Part shown: positions 26,949 to 30,045 of the stretch, one piece after another
How the letters are laid out: each line of letters starts with the position of its first letter
Position numbering within the stretch: position 1 is the stretch's first letter
Source of the DNA: a virus
Lineage: Duplodnaviria; Caudoviricetes
Length of the DNA stretch: 30,045 nt
Strand: one strand, 5' to 3'
IMG/VR virus record: IMGVR_UViG_3300037440_000208
Location: 1 to 30,045 of that record
The notes under the pieces: generated by a model
The model's database searches: none
Told to the model about the DNA's origin: nothing
The model's input: only the letters and a program-made list of their open reading frames with translations
Position numbers and translations under genes: made by a program

Positions 26949-27251
26949 ATGGCGCGAACCAACGGCCACCGGGTGCCCGATTCGGCGCCGACCCCGGTGC
27001 ATCTCATTGACGGCGGCCAGCTGTATCAACAGGTGTCGAACATGGCCGCGACGCTCGTGCGCACCGAGACGCTGTTGGCGGCGCACCTCGAGCTCGAGCG
27101 TGAGGAGCGCGAGCGCCGGAACGCCGAGCGCGGCGCCGACGATAAACGGTTCACGGCGCTGGAACAACGGGTGTGGGCGATCCCCGGCGCCGGTACGCTC
27201 ATCGCGCTCGCCGGAATCGCCATTACCATCATGACGCTCAAAGGGGGATAG
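26949..27251 (+). CDS. Lysis-cassette membrane protein (coiled coil + C-terminal TM)
   Basis: Charged coiled coil, LEQRVW then hydrophobic helix; between endolysin and holin. Confidence 0.7.
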   Translation: MARTNGHRVPDSAPTPVHLIDGGQLYQQVSNMAATLVRTETLLAAHLELEREERERRNAERGADDKRFTALEQRVWAIPGAGTLIALAGIAITIMTLKGG

Positions 27252-27253
27252 GC

Positions 27254-27463
27254 ATGGTGAAAATCGACTTCAAACGACTGGCGGGCCACACCCGGAAGCG
27301 GCTGTACCTCGCGATCCCGTACGGGGCCGGGTTGCTGGCCGCTTACGGCGTCGTCGCCGACTCGAAAGTGTCGCTGTGGGTCGGACTGGCCGGAGTGATT
27401 CTCGGGCCCATACAAGGGCACGTGGCGGCCGCGAACGTGCCGCCCGATCACGACGGCGAATAA
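27254..27463 (+). CDS. Holin (2 TM)
   Basis: 69 aa; RKRLY...LLAAYGVV....LWVGL...LG....A.NV pattern of actinophage 2-TM holins. Confidence 0.75.
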   Translation: MVKIDFKRLAGHTRKRLYLAIPYGAGLLAAYGVVADSKVSLWVGLAGVILGPIQGHVAAANVPPDHDGE

Positions 27464-27474
27464 TCGGGGGGATG

Positions 27475-27513
27475 ACGGCGGCCCCGCACCGTGGGGAGGT
27501 GCGGGGCCGCCGT
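27475..27513. terminator. Bidirectional terminator between convergent units
   Basis: Perfect 16-bp stem ACGGCGGCCCCGCACC/GGTGCGGGGCCGCCGT. Confidence 0.85.
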
Positions 27514-27523
27514 TGTGTGCGCG

Positions 27524-28033
27524 TTAGGAGTTGCGCGAGTGGAATTCGTTCATGCGGTAGGAACCGGGGTCGCCAGCGCAGTCGACGTTCGTACGGACCG
27601 TGTAGGCGTCCCACCGGCGGCCGGTGGCCTTGGAGTAGGCGCGGGCGGTGCACGTGACGTGCGCGGCGACGGTGCCGCCGTCGGCGGTGAGGATCGCGAC
27701 GCGGGGGCCTTCGGAGGGGAGGCCGCACAGCTGGCAGTCGCCGGGGGTGCACTTACCGGCAATTTCCTCGCGGGCCACGGGGGACAGCGCGAGCCGTGCG
27801 ACGACTTCGGGTGCGAGGGTGGGGCGCTTTTTGGTGGCGTTCGCGACGCGCGCTTTCGTCCATCCGAGCAGGGTGGCGCCGCACGCGGGGCCGACGTTGA
27901 TGGTGGCGCCGTCGGGGGTTTCGAGGACTACGCCGCGCTTCAAGTCCTCGTAGCGGCATTCCGCGCACGTGGCGCCGGTGCTCTCGGCGAACTTCGCTTT
28001 GTTGATCGGGCCGACCAGCTTGTAACCGCTCAT
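27524..28033 (-). CDS. Hypothetical protein with two tandem putative Zn-binding domains
   Basis: AGGGAG RBS; CAEC..VVLETPDG.T..VGPAC and CQLC..VAILTADG.T..AHVTC. Confidence 0.8.
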   Translation of the reverse strand: MSGYKLVGPINKAKFAESTGATCAECRYEDLKRGVVLETPDGATINVGPACGATLLGWTKARVANATKKRPTLAPEVVARLALSPVAREEIAGKCTPGDCQLCGLPSEGPRVAILTADGGTVAAHVTCTARAYSKATGRRWDAYTVRTNVDCAGDPGSYRMNEFHSRNS

Positions 28034-28049
28034 GTGATGCTCCCTAACC

Positions 28050-28074
28050 TGTTTGCGTACGAGTACCGTATCAC
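28050..28074 (-). promoter_or_regulatory. Repeated promoter/leader motif copy 2
   Basis: Reverse complement GTGATACGGTACTCGTACGCAAACA; 16 nt upstream of ATG 28033. Confidence 0.8.
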
Positions 28075-28080
28075 GAGGGT

Positions 28081-28106
28081 TCGGGGGGCCGACACCGGCC
28101 CCCCGA
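28081..28106 (-). terminator. Terminator hairpin after the 28110..29408 gene
   Basis: Perfect 11-bp stem TCGGGGGGCCG/CGGCCCCCCGA, 3 nt after stop. Confidence 0.75.
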
Positions 28107-28109
28107 CAA

Positions 28110-29408
28110 CTACGCCTCGGCGCCGAGCGCCGCCTTCACCGGTTCGAGCCACCGCCGCCCGGTGGAGGCGTCGACGGTGAACGCTTCGCCGAGCTGGCGG
28201 CCAGTGGGGAGCTCACCGGTGTCTTTGAAGTAGTCGGCAATCCACACGGCCCGTTCGGTGTCGCCCTTGAATGACGCGAGGATTGTGGCGGCGACGCCTG
28301 CGACTTCGCGCGCGTCGACGCGCGCGGGCGCCTGCTTGGCCTCGACGGCGCGCGCGCGCTCGAGCGCGTCGCGCACCATGGCGTTCGGTGCGTGGGGCGC
28401 TTCGGCCGGTGCGGGTTCGGGCGCCGGTGCCGCGGGGGTGCCCCATACGACGCCGAGCGCGCCAAGCGCGGCCGGGGCGAGCGCGTCGAGCGCGCCGAAG
28501 CGCGCGGCCACGAGCTCGGCGACATACGCGCGCCCGGCCTCATCGAGGATGCCGCGCGCTTGCGCGGCGTGTACCGCGCAGTCGAACCGCCACGCGCGCC
28601 ACGCGCGCGCGCGCTCGGCGCGGTGCGCTTTCACCGCGCGCGCGGCCACGCGGTTGAGGCGCCGCTCGCGATCCTTGCGGTTCGTGTCGGTGCTCGTGGG
28701 GGTGCGGCCGAGCCACACCAAGGCGGCCTCGAAGCGGCGCCGGGCCGCGGCCGCCGCCTTCGCCGCCCACGACAGGGCGCCCCCGCGGCGGCGCCGTTCG
28801 GCTCTGGCGGTGAGGTGGAACCCGAACGCGGCCAGCGGCGCGAACACCAGGTAAATCCAGTCACCGCCGCCGTGGTAACCGACCAGCGCGAGCACGATGG
28901 AGCCGCCCCATGTGCACACGCCGTAGATGTCGAGCCCGTCTTGGCTGGTGGTGATGTGCCACCAGGACAGCGCGAACATGGTGAGCATGAATCCCTCGAA
29001 CGCGGCGAAGCCGAGCACGCGCACCCACCAGGATTCGAGCCCGGCGCCGGTGAGCGCGTCTTGAATGCCGTGCGCGGAGAGGACGGTGGCGGCCAGCGCG
29101 GTGAAGTTGAGGAGCGCGAGGAGCGCGCGGCGGGCGGTGGGGGTGTCCATGAATGAGGTGGCGACGGCGCGCGCGCGTGCGCGGACGCGCGCGCGTCGGC
29201 GGGCGGCGCGTGCGTGGTGCGCGGCCCACAGCTGGGCGCGTGCGCGTGCGCGTTCGCGCGCGCCGAGCGTGAGGCGGCGCGCGGTGATGTCGGCGATGGT
29301 GATGAGCGCGGCGGCCATGATGAGCGCGGCGATGATGAGGGTGATGGCGGTGGGCGTATCGGTGGTGGTGAGCCACGCGGTGGCGCCGGTAGGGTGGTCC
29401 CCGAGCAT
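28110..29408 (-). CDS. Multi-pass membrane protein with C-terminal HTH-like motif (DUF2637/Spd-like)
   Basis: Several TM helices, APLAA..H motif, C-terminal GELPTGRQLGEAFTVDASTGRRWL; GAGG RBS. Confidence 0.65.
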   Translation of the reverse strand: MLGDHPTGATAWLTTTDTPTAITLIIAALIMAAALITIADITARRLTLGARERARARAQLWAAHHARAARRRARVRARARAVATSFMDTPTARRALLALLNFTALAATVLSAHGIQDALTGAGLESWWVRVLGFAAFEGFMLTMFALSWWHITTSQDGLDIYGVCTWGGSIVLALVGYHGGGDWIYLVFAPLAAFGFHLTARAERRRRGGALSWAAKAAAAARRRFEAALVWLGRTPTSTDTNRKDRERRLNRVAARAVKAHRAERARAWRAWRFDCAVHAAQARGILDEAGRAYVAELVAARFGALDALAPAALGALGVVWGTPAAPAPEPAPAEAPHAPNAMVRDALERARAVEAKQAPARVDAREVAGVAATILASFKGDTERAVWIADYFKDTGELPTGRQLGEAFTVDASTGRRWLEPVKAALGAEA

Positions 29409-29475
29409 GTGAACCTCGCAATCATGTTCGTCGGGGAGGCCGGGGCCGCGTCGGTGTGGTTCCGGCCTCTTGTTT
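29402..29475 (+). ncRNA. Predicted cis-antisense RNA covering RBS/start of the 28110..29408 gene
   Basis: -10 TAGGGT 29390-95; 5' hairpin 29402-09/29423-30 with CCTC in loop; hairpin 29436-69 + TTGTTT; G-U pairs favour plus strand. Confidence 0.5.
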
Positions 29476-29495
29476 GAATCCGGTTACCGTATCAC
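29471..29495 (-). promoter_or_regulatory. Repeated promoter/leader motif copy 3
   Basis: Reverse complement GTGATACGGTA-ACCGGATT-CAAACA, same 11+8+6 layout as copies 1 and 2. Confidence 0.75.
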
Positions 29496-29496
29496 C

Positions 29497-29625
29497 CGGT
29501 AGGTGGGGGTGGCAGCGTGTATCGTTGGCCCTGCAAGACGGGTCGCGTCGTTCAACGGTCCCCTATCTTGTTTGCGCGAACCGCCTGCCGGAGTTGGGGA
29601 ACCTTCCGGTGGGCGGTTCTTTCGT
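29497..29625 (+). ncRNA. Predicted small RNA ending in a plus-strand intrinsic terminator
   Basis: Hairpin 29578-29619 (G-U pairs on plus strand) followed by TTTCGT; preceded by CCCCTATCTTGTTTGCG; 5' end uncertain (TACCGT 29485 or TATCGT 29520 as -10). Confidence 0.4.
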
Positions 29626-29643
29626 GTCCAGGGCATACGGAAG

Positions 29644-29682
29644 GGCCCCGGGCGCGGAGAGGATCGCAACGCGCCCGGGGCC
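29644..29682 (-). terminator. Terminator hairpin after the 29691..30035 gene
   Basis: Perfect 13-bp stem GGCCCCGGGCGCG/CGCGCCCGGGGCC. Confidence 0.7.
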
Positions 29683-29690
29683 GGTAGTGG

Positions 29691-30035
29691 TTACCGCGCC
29701 GTGGCCGGTAACCCGACCAGCTCGAGCCCGGGAATGGCCCGCTGGCCGGGGAGGTGACCGCGGGGAGGCCGGTAGGCCGGGGTGCCGCGAAGGCACCGCA
29801 GGCAGTTCACGCGGTCGGTGGTCGGTGCGCCGTCCGCGAGCGGGCCACCGGCGGTGGCGGCCCCGCACTTGGGTGCGGGTATCTGCGAGCCGTCGAGCCA
29901 ATCGGTGTCGGCGACGGTGTGGACGGCGCCGGTGGCGCGTAGGCGCATGTTGCGGCCGTGGTAGGCGTAGCGGGCGCCGGTGGCGCGGGCGCGGATGAGT
30001 GCACCGAAATCGTGTATCGGCTTCGAGGTTGCCAC
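29691..30035 (-). CDS. Hypothetical protein, putative Zn-binding (H...C...CxxC)
   Basis: GTG start with GGAG RBS; VH...PAPKC...VNCLRC; followed by terminator. Confidence 0.75.
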   Translation of the reverse strand: MATSKPIHDFGALIRARATGARYAYHGRNMRLRATGAVHTVADTDWLDGSQIPAPKCGAATAGGPLADGAPTTDRVNCLRCLRGTPAYRPPRGHLPGQRAIPGLELVGLPATAR

Positions 30036-30045
30036 GGTGTTCTCC

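Larger units (their letters stand above)
1..30045. mobile_element. Tailed actinobacteriophage (siphovirus-like) structural and lysis region with flanking accessory genes
   Basis: Contiguous portal-MuF-protease-capsid-tail-tape measure-minor tail-endolysin-holin order, tight gene packing, high GC, no housekeeping genes. Confidence 0.96.

Noticed and set aside
28300-29300. Dense CGCGCG runs suggesting Z-DNA or a repeat element
   Set aside because: Explained by Ala/Arg (ARARA) codons of the minus-strand membrane protein
572-29576. Repeated motif as CRISPR repeats, att sites or invertible-segment ends
   Set aside because: Copies are dispersed, not regularly spaced, always oriented toward a gene start, and no cas or recombinase gene is present

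Overview
High-GC window that is almost entirely the virion-assembly and lysis arm of a tailed actinobacteriophage (siphovirus-like; prophage versus free phage cannot be decided because no integrase, att site, terminase or host gene is visible). Gene order and motifs resemble the mycobacteriophage cluster-B-like plan: DUF1360-like membrane protein, portal, MuF, maturation protease, large 'hexamer' capsid protein plus smaller 'pentamer' protein, major tail, adaptor/neck, chaperones, tape measure, distal-tail/hub, three related fibre/lectin proteins, amidase endolysin and holin. Accessory genes flank it on both sides. Notable extras: (1) a sulfotransferase + GT4 glycosyltransferase + Stealth-like transferase cassette inside the neck genes; (2) an Acb2/Tad1-like candidate nucleotide-sponge gene in the head module; (3) a 25-bp promoter/leader motif repeated three times before accessory genes, plus two predicted plus-strand small RNAs at 29.4-29.6 kb, one cis-antisense to a membrane-protein RBS and one with a seed complementary to those leaders; (4) a three-way-junction RNA leader before the major capsid gene; (5) a 593-aa mosaic of Zn-binding and Sm-like modules. 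All product calls come from motif recognition and synteny by eye; no database search was run.
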